From an uncultured Chloroflexia bacterium (GTDB lineage Bacteria > Chloroflexota > Anaerolineae > CG2-30-64-16): a stretch of DNA of 64,000 nt. The notes beneath the pieces are model-generated. The model ran no database searches and had not been told where the DNA came from. It saw only the letters and a list, made by a program, of their open reading frames with translations. Shown one piece after another: positions 52,757-63,048 of this stretch. A program made the position numbers and the translations under genes. The stretch spans positions 224,001 through 288,000 of the forward strand of contig CAWEMM010000006.1 of NCBI GenBank assembly GCA_963810095.1, written 5' to 3'. How positions within the stretch are numbered: position 1 is the first letter of the stretch; each line of letters begins with the position of its first letter.

Positions 52757-53065
52757 GAAAGGAACCTCCGAAACGCTGGATAAGTTATGCGCACTCTCGA
52801 ACCCGGACGCTAGGCGAAGCCCCGCTTCGCACGCATGCAATGTTCGAGCCGACAAAAAAACTCCGACTGGTTCACCGAGCCTGCGCATCCACGGTGCAGT
52901 TCAGACCTGGTGCGCGTGGCGGCCCAGCCGGACTTCGCCCCTTGTCGATGACCCTGAGCGTCGCGCCAGAGACGTCAATCTAGCGCGATGAAAGGCGCGA
53001 GCGGCACCCCCGACTCGAGGGTGCTTTCCCGCGCCATAATCACTTGCCTGCGCTGGCGAAGACCT

Positions 53066-53095
53066 ATTATAAACGATAGGCCGAAGGCGTGTCAA
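53066..53095 (-). promoter_or_regulatory. Consensus sigma70 promoter TTGACA-18-TATAAT upstream of rpsA
   Basis: TGTCAA 53090-53095 and ATTATA 53066-53071 on the plus strand. Confidence 0.8.
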
Positions 53096-53179
53096 CGCGC
53101 GGCCGCGCGCTTTTCGAGCCACTCAATGCATTGCGACCTCCGGCATCGGGGATCCCGGAAGTCGCAATGCCCCGCTTCC

Positions 53180-54163
53180 CTACTTCCCCAGCTTCTGCTT
53201 GAACGCCTGCTCCAGGGCCGGCACGATGTCGAACAGGTCGCCGATGATGCCGTAGCGAGCCACCTGGAAGATCGGCGCGTCCTTATCCTTATTAATCGCT
53301 ACGATGGTCTTTGCGCCGCTCATGCCCGCCAGGTGCTGGATAGCGCCCGAGATGCCGGCCGCGATATAGAGATCGGGGCGCACCGTCTTACCGGTCTGGC
53401 CGACCTGGTGCACGTAGGGAATCCAGCCTGCATCGACGGCCGCGCGGGAAGCACCCACAGCGCCGCCAAGCACCTTGGCCAACCGGCGAATCGGCTCGAA
53501 GCCCTCGGCCCCCTTGACCCCGCGACCGCCCGAGACGATGATGCCCGCGTTCTGCACGTCCAACTCGCCGGTCTCCACGCCTTCGAACCCGAGAATTTCT
53601 TCGCCCGCTGCCGCGCCCGAGAGTGTGACCGGGAGGGGCACGACCTCGCCGGTTCGACCGGCGGCCTTTTCGGGCATCGGGAAGCTGCGCACGCGCACCG
53701 TAGCCATCTGGCGGTCGCCCGCAAAAATGATCGTCGCGGTGATGTTGCCCGAGAAGACAGGCCGCTCGGCCGTGAGCTTTCCGCTCGCATCGAGGCTCAG
53801 GTCGGTCACTTCCGCGGCGAGGCCGATATTGCATTCGGCGGCGGCCATCGCGGCGACGTCGCGCGCGCCCGTCGTGGCCGGCGCCAGGATCACCGTCGCC
53901 TTTGCCGCGTCGATCGCGGCGGTCAGCGCGGCAGCGTACGCGCCGTTCCGGTACTGCGCGAAGTCGGGCCCGTCGACCACGAACACCTTGTCCGCCCCAT
54001 ACTCGATCGCTTCCTGAGCGATCGGGCCGACGCCCTGGCCGATCACCACCCCGGCGACGTCCGTGTTCAGCTTGCCCGCAAGCTCGCGCGCCTTACCCAG
54101 CATTTCCCAGGAAACCGGCTTGGCAGTGCCCTTGTATTGATCAACGTAAACGAGAATGCTCAT
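53180..54163 (-). CDS. etfA: Electron transfer flavoprotein alpha subunit (canonical)
   Basis: [43 protein letters not shown]. Confidence 0.95.
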   Translation of the reverse strand: MSILVYVDQYKGTAKPVSWEMLGKARELAGKLNTDVAGVVIGQGVGPIAQEAIEYGADKVFVVDGPDFAQYRNGAYAAALTAAIDAAKATVILAPATTGARDVAAMAAAECNIGLAAEVTDLSLDASGKLTAERPVFSGNITATIIFAGDRQMATVRVRSFPMPEKAAGRTGEVVPLPVTLSGAAAGEEILGFEGVETGELDVQNAGIIVSGGRGVKGAEGFEPIRRLAKVLGGAVGASRAAVDAGWIPYVHQVGQTGKTVRPDLYIAAGISGAIQHLAGMSGAKTIVAINKDKDAPIFQVARYGIIGDLFDIVPALEQAFKQKLGK

Positions 54164-54182
54164 AAGTCGGTCCTCTCCTGCC

Positions 54183-54980
54183 CTAGATAGCCTTCTCGGC
54201 GATCAACTTGTCCACCAGGATCGCCGCGGTCTCGGCGGGCGAGCCGCCCTGGATGATCTCAACCTTGCCCGAGCGGGCCGGAGGCTTACGCAGGTTCGTC
54301 CACTTCAGCAGCGCGGCGCCCTCGCCCAGCCGGCTCTGATCCAGCCCGGGCAGGCCGCCTGCCGCAACCGCGGGATACTGCATGCGTGACGCCTTGCGGA
54401 TGCCCATGAAGTTCGGGTAGCGCGGCTCGTTGATCTCCGTGCTCACGGCCAGTACGGCGGGAAGCTTCACGCGCACCGTCTGCACACCCTCGTCCAGGTT
54501 GCGCTGAACCGTGGCAGTTTCTTCGTTCAGGTCCACGATCTTCTGCACGTTGGAGACGAATGGGATGCCCAGCTGTGCGGCCAGGCCGGGCCCAACCAGG
54601 CCGCCGTTGCCGTCGACCGACTGCTTGCCGGTCAGGATCAGCGTGTAGTCCCCAACCTTCTTGATCGCCTGTGCGAGGATGTGGGCCGTGGCCCACGCAT
54701 CGCTGCCCTGGAAAAGGTCATCGGAGAGCAGCGTCGCTTCCTCAATGCCCATTGCCACGGCGCGCTTGAGCGCCTCAGTCGATTCTTCGCCACCGACTGT
54801 GATGACGGCTGCCTCGCCGTCGAAGCGCTCCTGCAGCTGCAGGGCCTCCTCGACCGCAAACTCGTCCCAAGGATTCAAGACCATGGTGACGCCCAAGTCG
54901 TCCGAGCCGACGTCTTGTGGCTTGACGTCGCCCAGCTGCTCCGTGTCAGGCGTCAGCTTTGCACAGACAACAAACTTCAT
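54183..54980 (-). CDS. etfB: Electron transfer flavoprotein beta subunit (canonical)
   Basis: NPWDEFAVEEAL, GKQSVDG, INEPRYP. Confidence 0.95.
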   Translation of the reverse strand: MKFVVCAKLTPDTEQLGDVKPQDVGSDDLGVTMVLNPWDEFAVEEALQLQERFDGEAAVITVGGEESTEALKRAVAMGIEEATLLSDDLFQGSDAWATAHILAQAIKKVGDYTLILTGKQSVDGNGGLVGPGLAAQLGIPFVSNVQKIVDLNEETATVQRNLDEGVQTVRVKLPAVLAVSTEINEPRYPNFMGIRKASRMQYPAVAAGGLPGLDQSRLGEGAALLKWTNLRKPPARSGKVEIIQGGSPAETAAILVDKLIAEKAI

Positions 54981-55254
54981 CCCGTAGCCTCCTTGATCGA
55001 CACTCGTGAGGGTGTTTTGGCCGGTCGCCCAGCCAAAACGCAGCCCAGGCTGTCATAACGGACGCGGTCGCGCCAGGTTGTGACGCGAAGCGTCATGAGT
55101 ATACCATGCGCCCCAAGCGCCGCGCAAGGGAGTTTTGTTCTACATACACGGGCGCTGCGACTTAGCCTTGTCAGGGCGAGGCACCCACCGGTGAGTGCCT
55201 CGCCTCTACGGTCTCGAACCGTGCAAGCGGTTGCCCGAGGCGCGGTCCCTCCGG

Positions 55255-57303
55255 TCACCTCTGTATTTCTACTTGCCCGACAATTTGCGGCGTGCCGAGC
55301 TGCTGCAGCCCGCTGCCGTCCGCCCGGTATATCCCGACGAGGAGTTGGTACGGCCCCTCGCCGGCCGCCGGGCTGATTTGGAGCGCGTGCGTATCGCGCA
55401 GCTGCTCGCCCGGCCGCCACAGGTTCGTGGGATAGAAGGCTCCGCCCGGATGGTGGTCGCTCTGCCCGACCTTCTCGCCGGACCCATCGACCACCTGCAC
55501 GAAGGTCGTCCAGTCCTCCGCGGTCTCGCGCAGCGCCTGCCAGTAGAGCGTGACCTGGGCAGGCTGGCCGGCGACGAGCACAGCGGGCGCGACGTCGAAC
55601 CCAAGGAGACGGACCGTATCCCCGTACACCGCGTCTGCTGGGTGCGAAGGCGCGGCCGGCGGCGCTGCAGTCACGCGGACGGCCGGGCCCAGCGGCCCGA
55701 CGCTCTGACCGGGCGCGGGCGCCAGGTCGTACTTGACCTTCAGGCCCGGCATGGGCTTGACGAGATAGACCGGCCGGCCGGTTTGCAGCGCGGCATCGAG
55801 CACTGCGCCTACATCGGACCAACTCGCGCCGGGCTGGATGAGCGGGAAAAGCCCCGTGAGGTCGGGCCGCCGGCCTTCGACGTAAGCGAGGTACCAGAGC
55901 GGGACCATCTCGTCCCGGTCGTTGCTCACCAGGACCGCATCCTGCGGCAAGCCCGAGTCAAGCAGCGCGCTCCATGCGCGGCGGGCGGAATCGTCGCCCG
56001 CGCGCTGCACCTTGGGCCAATACTCCACAGCACCCCGGTACGCGAACGCCAGGAACACGACGAGCGCCAGGACGCCCGCAACCACAGTCGCCCAACGCAC
56101 GACACGTTCCCCCGAGCCGGCGAACAGCCATGCCACGATACGCACGAGCGCCCACCCGCCGAGCGCCATCCACAGGACCCACACCAAGTACGCGGGGATA
56201 TAAAACACCTGGATGTCGCCGATGGCGTAGAACAGGTTGAAGGCCACCTGGGCCAGGAAGAAGACGCCTGTCAGCGCGAGAACGGCCCAAGACCGCCAGT
56301 TTCGCTCGCGCGCGCCTGCGAATACCAGGAACGCCAGCCCGAAAAATCCCAGCAGCAGCCCGTTCAGAGACAGCTCATCGACCAGGCGGCCAACCAACCC
56401 GCCCGCATTGAGCCCACCCGGGCGCGGCGCCGTGAGCGCCGAGCTGAAGACGCTGCCGCTGGCGTGTGCCAGGAAGCCGCCGAGCGTCGAATCAAAGAGG
56501 GTGAGCGACTGGGTTGGCGAGAGTGGGAGCCGGTAGTACGGCGCGGCCGGCGCGGCGAGTGGGATGTACAGGTAGAGGAGCAGCGGCGCCAGCAGGCACA
56601 GCAGGAGCAGGCCGGCCCGCCGCAGCGTCAACCGCGGCCGCCAATGGGCGCCGGCCGCGACGATCAGAACGAAGAGGGCGGCGGGAACCATCAGCAGGAG
56701 GGTCGTGCGGTGGTGCGCCAGGCTCAGGCCGAAGAGGAGGGCCGTGACGTTGGCCAGGCGCCCCGCATCCCGGGTGCGGTGATCGACGACCCGGTGCGCC
56801 CACATCACCAGCGCCAGCAGCAACCCGGAGACGAAGGCCGCGTGCAGGGTGTAAACCTCGGCGATGACCGCCTGCGACCAGAAAGTAGGCGTGAAGGTGA
56901 ACAGCAGGGCCGCACCCAGCGCAATCAGGCGCGATGCAACGCTTAACCCCGGAGTCCTGGAACCCTCCACCGTCCCGGTTGCGGCGACAAACCGGATCAC
57001 CCGCATCACGAGCAGGGAGAACAGTGCGACGGCGACCCCGCCCCAAAGCGCAGAAAACAGGTTCATCCGGAAGGCAGGATCGCGGAGAGGCACCAGGTGC
57101 GTCCACAGCCAGCCGAGAATGAGGTAGAGAGGATAGCCGGTCGGGTGGGCAAAGCCGCCCAGCCAGGCGGCAAACTGGAACTCGGCGCTGTCGCCCCACA
57201 ACAGGCCCGGCGCGAGCGAGCGGACGAAGACGCCCAGCGCCAACACGCCGGCCAGGCCGGCGACCGCGAGGTCGATGGCCGCGCTGCGCCGCCCGCCGCT
57301 CAC
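55255..57303 (-). CDS. DUF2723/TMEM260-family GT-C protein with C-terminal beta-sandwich module
   Basis: GDSAEFQ...AHPTGYPLY, WSQAVIAEVY, SLAHH; GTGA overlap with the upstream gene. Confidence 0.8.
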   Translation of the reverse strand: MSGGRRSAAIDLAVAGLAGVLALGVFVRSLAPGLLWGDSAEFQFAAWLGGFAHPTGYPLYLILGWLWTHLVPLRDPAFRMNLFSALWGGVAVALFSLLVMRVIRFVAATGTVEGSRTPGLSVASRLIALGAALLFTFTPTFWSQAVIAEVYTLHAAFVSGLLLALVMWAHRVVDHRTRDAGRLANVTALLFGLSLAHHRTTLLLMVPAALFVLIVAAGAHWRPRLTLRRAGLLLLCLLAPLLLYLYIPLAAPAAPYYRLPLSPTQSLTLFDSTLGGFLAHASGSVFSSALTAPRPGGLNAGGLVGRLVDELSLNGLLLGFFGLAFLVFAGARERNWRSWAVLALTGVFFLAQVAFNLFYAIGDIQVFYIPAYLVWVLWMALGGWALVRIVAWLFAGSGERVVRWATVVAGVLALVVFLAFAYRGAVEYWPKVQRAGDDSARRAWSALLDSGLPQDAVLVSNDRDEMVPLWYLAYVEGRRPDLTGLFPLIQPGASWSDVGAVLDAALQTGRPVYLVKPMPGLKVKYDLAPAPGQSVGPLGPAVRVTAAPPAAPSHPADAVYGDTVRLLGFDVAPAVLVAGQPAQVTLYWQALRETAEDWTTFVQVVDGSGEKVGQSDHHPGGAFYPTNLWRPGEQLRDTHALQISPAAGEGPYQLLVGIYRADGSGLQQLGTPQIVGQVEIQR

Positions 57304-60144
57304 TGGCCCAGCTCCACCCAATCTACGGCCGCGGCCAGGGTGCGGAAGTCGCCCGCAACCTGCAGATACGCGTCGGGGGCAATGACCTCGGCTGCGGAGC
57401 CGGGCGCGGCATACTTCACCCCGACGAGCGCATGCGACTGGCCGCGCAGCTGGGCCAGCCCGGTCACGCCCGAGCCGACATTCCTCAGCGCGCTCTCGGC
57501 AAGCGGCGTCAGCTTGCTCGTCGCGTCGCCCTTCGTCGCCAGGACGACGATGTGACCCTTCGGTATGTCATTAATATAAGCGGCCAGCGCGTCGGCCTCG
57601 CTCTCGCTCGCCACCGTATCAAACCCGCGCTTGTCGAGCAGCCGGCCGTCGCGCGGATCGAGGACGGCCACGTTATAGCCCGGCTGCCCACTGGACAACT
57701 CGACCTTCGTCCCGTCTGCGCCCGTTGCGGTCATGAACGCGTCGCTGAACCCGTGGACTTCAAGGTTCACCGGACTCTGGACCCCGGTCGTGCCGATCAT
57801 GGCCCGGGACGCCGCATCGGGGAAGACCGTCCGCGGGCTCTCGGCCCGGCCGAACGACAGGGTCACCCGGTTAGGGCCCTTCACCAGTAGGCCGGGCGCG
57901 ATGCGCGCACCCGTGGTCTGCCAGCCTTCGGCCAGGGGCTGATTCGTGATGATGGGCGTCCCGTTCACGCTGACCGAGAGAGTCTGCGGCGCCGCGCCGG
58001 CGTAACTCAGCGGCGCGATCTGAAGGCGCAAACCGACTTCCTGCCCCGGGTCGGTCACGGGCAGATACAGGTCGGCATCGGTGGCCGTCGCCCAGTTGGC
58101 CGTGGCCCCGTACGGCTGCTCGTCCGTCCGCACGTCCCAGCCCTCGCCCAGATACGGCTCGTTGCCTGGCGTGCCCAGGTCGAGGCGGAATGGGAGCGCG
58201 ACCGGGGGTTGGTTGACCCGGTAGACCCGATAGCCGTCCGCCTCCCAAACCGGGCTGCGGGTCCACCGGCAGCACGTCCAGGGCGTACTGCTCGGTGCGC
58301 TGCCAGGTGTCCTGATACGGATAGCGGCCGGCGATCGGCGGGGTGGTTACGAGATAACGGACGTCGTAAAGCGCCATGAGGCTGCCGGCTTGCGCGCGGG
58401 CGGCAGCATCCACTTCAGGCGCCACATCCTTGTACATCTCCAGGTCGGTCAGGGCCTTGAAGAGCGGGATGCGCGCGAAATACTCCATCTTGAAGGCCGG
58501 CGCGCGGCTGATGTTGCCCCCGATCATGGGCTTGCCGTGGGCCGTCTGGAAGTACTGCAGGTTCGTCTGCTCGCTGCCGAGCACGCCGAAACTGTTGCGC
58601 CAACCCAGCGGCAGCTGCAGGATGGCGAAGTCGCCGGGTTCGGCGGCGATGTTGCGGTAGACGGACGGGATCGTCGCGTCGGTGGTCGGCATGGGCACGG
58701 ACAGGTGCTCGACAAGGATCGCCGCGACCAACAGGACGACGATTGCCGCAGAGGTTGCAGAGACGCCGGAGAGACCCGGTTTCTTGGCGAAACCGGGTCT
58801 CTGAACGCGACGATGGCTCCAAGACATAATGGCGGCGGCGCCGTATGCCGCAAGCACTGCCAGCGCCAGCATGAGGATCACGCTGTTGCGGTTGGGAGCC
58901 CGGTTGCCGTTGACGAACGGGATGTAGTGGAGCAGTGCAAACGGGAGCGGGAAGGTCACGCCTTCGGGCAGCAGGTTGTCGACGCTGAAGCGGAATACGC
59001 CATTGATCTGCAGGAGCGGGCCGAGCACGAGGATGCCGAAGACGACGGCCACCCAGATCCAAGGCGCAATTCTGCGGCGCCCTGGAATGCTACGCAGCGC
59101 CGCAACCGCGCCCAACAACGCGAGCGCCAGCGTCGCCCAGCCGAGGAAGACCGTGTTGATGTCGTTGAAGCGGCTCTCGCCCTGCTCCACCGCACGGAGC
59201 GCGTCGCGCCAGTGCTGCCCGGTCGCCTCGTTGCCGCCAAACAGGGGGTTGAGGTTGGTGGGCGTCACCAGGCCAAGGGCGTCCGCACTGAGCTTGATGC
59301 TCTCGCCCCACCCCTCCAGCGCATAGCTGCCCCGGGTGAACTCGCGGGCGATGGGCACGAGGACGGGCGACCACAAAACGACGGCGACCAGCGCTGCAAC
59401 CCCTGCATAGAGCAGGGCCTTGCGGCGTTCCTTCAGCCCCCGCCACGACGCCAGCAGGAGGATCGCCGAAAGCAGCGCCAGGAACGACGCGAAAATCATT
59501 TCGGCCAGGGCGGCGAACGCAAAGAACAGCCCGGCCAGCGCGGCATTACGCAGTCTGGGCCGGCGGAGGGTGCGGAGGAAGTAGAGCGCGTAGAACGGCA
59601 GCCACTGCGTCGTGACCATGTCGTAGTGGCCGAGCGCGGCATAGACTGCCCGGTTTGCGCCCATCGCATAAATGACGCCCGCCACCAGCGCGGCCAGGCG
59701 CAGGGAGCCGTCCGCGAGATCCATCTTGGCGCGCCGCAGCAGGTCGAGCGCCAGCAGATACGCTCCGAGCCCGCTCAGGAACGTTGCCAGCAGCACGGTG
59801 ACGTTGCTGGCAACGACCGGGCTGAAGGCGAGGAGCAATGGCATGCCAATCAGGGCGTTGAAGAAGTTGTACGTATAGAGGATCAGGTCGATGCCGAGGG
59901 GCCGCCAGATCAGGTCGCTGTGCAGGGGGCTGGCGTGCAAATCGAGCAGGGAATGCTTGAAATTCCAGATGTTCCAGATGAACGTGGACTCGTCGAACGC
60001 CCAGGTTGCGGTGCCCGGCGCCCGGGATGCGAGGTTCGCCGGCATGGGCCAGGACTGGAGCAGCGCGAGCCCGCCGAAAAGCAGCAGCGGGACGAGCCAC
60101 ACGGCCCAGCGCCGGCGTGGGGCGGATGCGGCCGACGTGCTCAC
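57300..60144 (-). CDS. GT-C-like polytopic membrane protein with C-terminal ILEI/PANDER-like domain (frame break near 58255)
   Basis: [25 protein letters not shown]; ILEI-like GYNVAVLD...RGFDT...[15 protein letters not shown]...SHALVGVK. Confidence 0.7.
58770..58802. repeat. Perfect 33-bp palindrome (14-5-14) in frame inside the CDS
   Basis: AGAGACCCGGTTTC-TTGGC-GAAACCGGGTCTCT, encoding [12 protein letters not shown]. Confidence 0.85.
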
Positions 60145-62051
60145 GGCGCCACCACCTCGATCTCGGCGAGGGTCTGCGCGTTCTGCCCGTTCGCCCACGC
60201 TAGGCGCTCATTCCCGCGGTACCACCCGAACAGGATGCGGTAGCGGCCGGGCGCGAGGTCCGCCGGCAGCTTCATCTCGTACGGGTCGGCCACGACGAGC
60301 CCGGGCCGCCACTGCGAGACGGGAAACGCCGGCCCGCCCGGCTGCCTGTCTACCTGCGCAACTGGCATGTCATTCTCGCCGACCAGGTGAACGAAGGTAG
60401 TCCAGCCCTCCTCCACCGGTTTCAACGCCTCCCAGTAGAGGCGGATGCCGAGGACGTCGCCCGGACGCGCGGTGGATTCGCTCAGCGAATACCCGCGCCA
60501 GCGCACCGCATCGCTCAGCCCCTGCTGGTCCGCAGGCGCGGGATGGGCGATTGCCGCCGTGTCATGCAGCGGAATTGGGAGCAACTCCAGGCCAGACGCG
60601 CCCGACCGCAGCTCGTAGAAAGCGGTCCCGTCGTCGAGCGCCCGGTTCGCCAGCAGGCGCACGCCGGCCGCATCCGCGTGAAAGACGGAAATGTCGGGCC
60701 GGACGCCCTCGACGAGTTGCTGATAGCGCAGGGGCGTGATGTCTTCCCACGCGCCGGCGATGACTGCGCCCGCGGGGAGGTCGGGCGTGAGCAGCGCGGG
60801 CGGCCTTTCGGTGCGCGATGCCAGCATGGCCGGCATGGTCCTGGCCGCGCTGTAAACGGGCAGCGCCAGCAGCGCCAGGGCCACGAGCGCCGGAGCCCAT
60901 TTCTTCCCGGGCAGCCGCCGCTCGGCCCAGGCCAACAGTGCCTCGGCGCCCACCCCGAAGCAGAACGCCAGCAGCATGTAGACGGGGATGAAGTGGTCGC
61001 CGTCCTCGCCGATGATCGTCAGCCAGCGCAGCGCCACCAACAGCGTGAAGACCGCGCCCAGGACGACCAGCAGCCCAACCCGCCACTGCCTGCGGAAAAG
61101 CACGCCCAGCCCCAGCAGCATGACCGGCGCGGCGAGCAGCGGGAACTGCAGCCGGAGCATCTGCAGGAAGTTGAGCGTGGCCGGCATGCCGATGGACAGG
61201 CCGCCCTGGAAAAATCCCGAGTAGCTGCTGGCGAGGAACATGCCCACCGGGCCGGCCGCATAATAGTGCGGGTTGACGAGGCCGGCCGCGATCAGCTTGG
61301 GGAAGCCGAGCACGTCGCCCGCATACTGCGGGAGGCTGTTGAAATAGGCGAAGCGAATGGGTAAGTAGACGTAGACGGCGAGCGGCAGCAGGAGCGCGAC
61401 CAGCGCCGGCAGCCATTTGCGCGGCTGGATGGGCAGTCGGGGGTTGACGGTGAGCAGGAAGACGAGCACGGCCGGGCCGAACAGCCGGATGCTGACATGG
61501 TGGCTGAGCGCAAAACCCAGCGCCAGCATGGGCACCCAGAGCGGCGCCCGGCCATTCGCCCAGCGGATGAGCAGCCACAAGCTCAGGGCCATGAGCAGTT
61601 CGGAGAGCGGATACACCTCCGCGGCGGATGCGTGCATCCACAGCCGCGGCGCGGCGGCCATCAGCCATGCGCCGGCCAATGCGGCCACCGGGCGGGCGCC
61701 GCTCTCCCGCAGCATGAAGTACATGGCGAGCACTGCGCCGGCCGTCAGCACCGCGCACAACAAGGTCACCCGGTACGCCAGGTCGCCGCCAAGCGGCAGG
61801 GAGGCAAACGCTCGGTTGAGCAGCAGCAGCAGGGGGTAGCCGGTGGGGTGGGAGATGCCCATGACGCCGGTCAGTGTTTGCAGCTCGCCGCCGTCGCCGG
61901 GCACGACGCTGGGCGCCAGGGTGGGGAGATAGATCGCAAGCGCGCCGAAGAATGCTGCCAGGGCGCCCAGTGTATCCCAATTCAGGAGCACGGCACGCGC
62001 ACGTTGCAGCCAGCGCGGCGAGGAAGGGCCAGGAGTCGTTGTGCTACTCAA
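60141..62051 (-). CDS. DUF2723/TMEM260-family GT-C protein with C-terminal beta-sandwich module
   Basis: PGDGGELQ...[20 protein letters not shown]. Confidence 0.8.
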   Translation of the reverse strand: MSSTTTPGPSSPRWLQRARAVLLNWDTLGALAAFFGALAIYLPTLAPSVVPGDGGELQTLTGVMGISHPTGYPLLLLLNRAFASLPLGGDLAYRVTLLCAVLTAGAVLAMYFMLRESGARPVAALAGAWLMAAAPRLWMHASAAEVYPLSELLMALSLWLLIRWANGRAPLWVPMLALGFALSHHVSIRLFGPAVLVFLLTVNPRLPIQPRKWLPALVALLLPLAVYVYLPIRFAYFNSLPQYAGDVLGFPKLIAAGLVNPHYYAAGPVGMFLASSYSGFFQGGLSIGMPATLNFLQMLRLQFPLLAAPVMLLGLGVLFRRQWRVGLLVVLGAVFTLLVALRWLTIIGEDGDHFIPVYMLLAFCFGVGAEALLAWAERRLPGKKWAPALVALALLALPVYSAARTMPAMLASRTERPPALLTPDLPAGAVIAGAWEDITPLRYQQLVEGVRPDISVFHADAAGVRLLANRALDDGTAFYELRSGASGLELLPIPLHDTAAIAHPAPADQQGLSDAVRWRGYSLSESTARPGDVLGIRLYWEALKPVEEGWTTFVHLVGENDMPVAQVDRQPGGPAFPVSQWRPGLVVADPYEMKLPADLAPGRYRILFGWYRGNERLAWANGQNAQTLAEIEVVAP

Positions 62052-62886
62052 CGATCTTCTTACCGAGCACCCAACGATGGTGCGACCAGATCTGCTTCAT
62101 CTGCCAGGGCAAGCGCCACCGTTCCAACCGGGCATACTTCATCACCCGCGGATACAGGCTTGGATCGCGGTCGAGGTAATAATCCATCGTCGACCAACGC
62201 CAGCCTTCGCCCTGGAACTTACCCTGCAGCTTCTTTGACCTGATGCCGAGCTTACCGAGCAGCTGGCTGGCGGGCATGACAGTGTCGGGCCACGGCGGGG
62301 TGTCGAGCACGCCCTGCTCCAGGATGCGGAGGCCGAGCCCTTCGAGCGTTCGCCGCACGAGGCCGATGTCCGTCCACCGCTCGTCGATCTCCTTGACAAA
62401 CTCCGGCTCGACGATGTGCTTGCGCACCTGGTAACCGACCTGGACGGGGTTAGGCACCGCCACGAAGACGAGCTTGTTGCTTACGCGGACCAGCTCTGAG
62501 AGGAGCGCCGCCGGTTCTTGGAGATGCCAGATGGCCGCCCAGTTCCAGGCGAACTCGAACGAGTTGTCGGGGAAGGGCAGGCTGGCCCAGTCTGAGACCA
62601 GGCTGAACTGAGCCGGGAGGTCCAGCTCGCCCCAAATGCGCTCGACGCCGGCGAGGCGCTCGGCATTGTCGTCGACGAGGGTGACGGGCGTTTTGACGCG
62701 CGCAAGTGCGACGCTGTTGATGCCGCTGACGCCCGCCATGCCATACAGCGGCGCCTCGATCGCGTTGGCAAAACCGTAGCGCCCCTTCAGCTTGAGCAGG
62801 AAGTCGTTAAGCACGAAGCGCTCGTACACGAGGCCGAGCCCTTCGTTATAATCGGTGAGATACTTCTTCCAGGTAGGTTCTGTCAC
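62044..62886 (-). CDS. Class I SAM-dependent methyltransferase-like protein
   Basis: LPFPDNSFEFAWN, LSELVRVS, VAVPN; atypical motif I (EAPLYGMAGVSG). Confidence 0.65.
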   Translation of the reverse strand: MTEPTWKKYLTDYNEGLGLVYERFVLNDFLLKLKGRYGFANAIEAPLYGMAGVSGINSVALARVKTPVTLVDDNAERLAGVERIWGELDLPAQFSLVSDWASLPFPDNSFEFAWNWAAIWHLQEPAALLSELVRVSNKLVFVAVPNPVQVGYQVRKHIVEPEFVKEIDERWTDIGLVRRTLEGLGLRILEQGVLDTPPWPDTVMPASQLLGKLGIRSKKLQGKFQGEGWRWSTMDYYLDRDPSLYPRVMKYARLERWRLPWQMKQIWSHHRWVLGKKIVE

Positions 62887-63048
62887 AGCAGTGGACCATG
62901 ATTCGCAGGATTGGGTTGATCAGGTGTCTCCAAGCGCACAGTCTAGCACAACGCGGCCAGATGCGCTAAGCTGTGCCGGGCTTCCTATCTCGGCTCCTCC
63001 CGGCAGCGCACCTTTGCGCCTGGCCCGGAACAGGATAGAATCGCACCC

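Noticed and set aside
52790-52835. tRNA suggested by GGGTTCGAG on the minus strand
   Set aside because: Flanks do not form a T-stem or acceptor stem; no cloverleaf.
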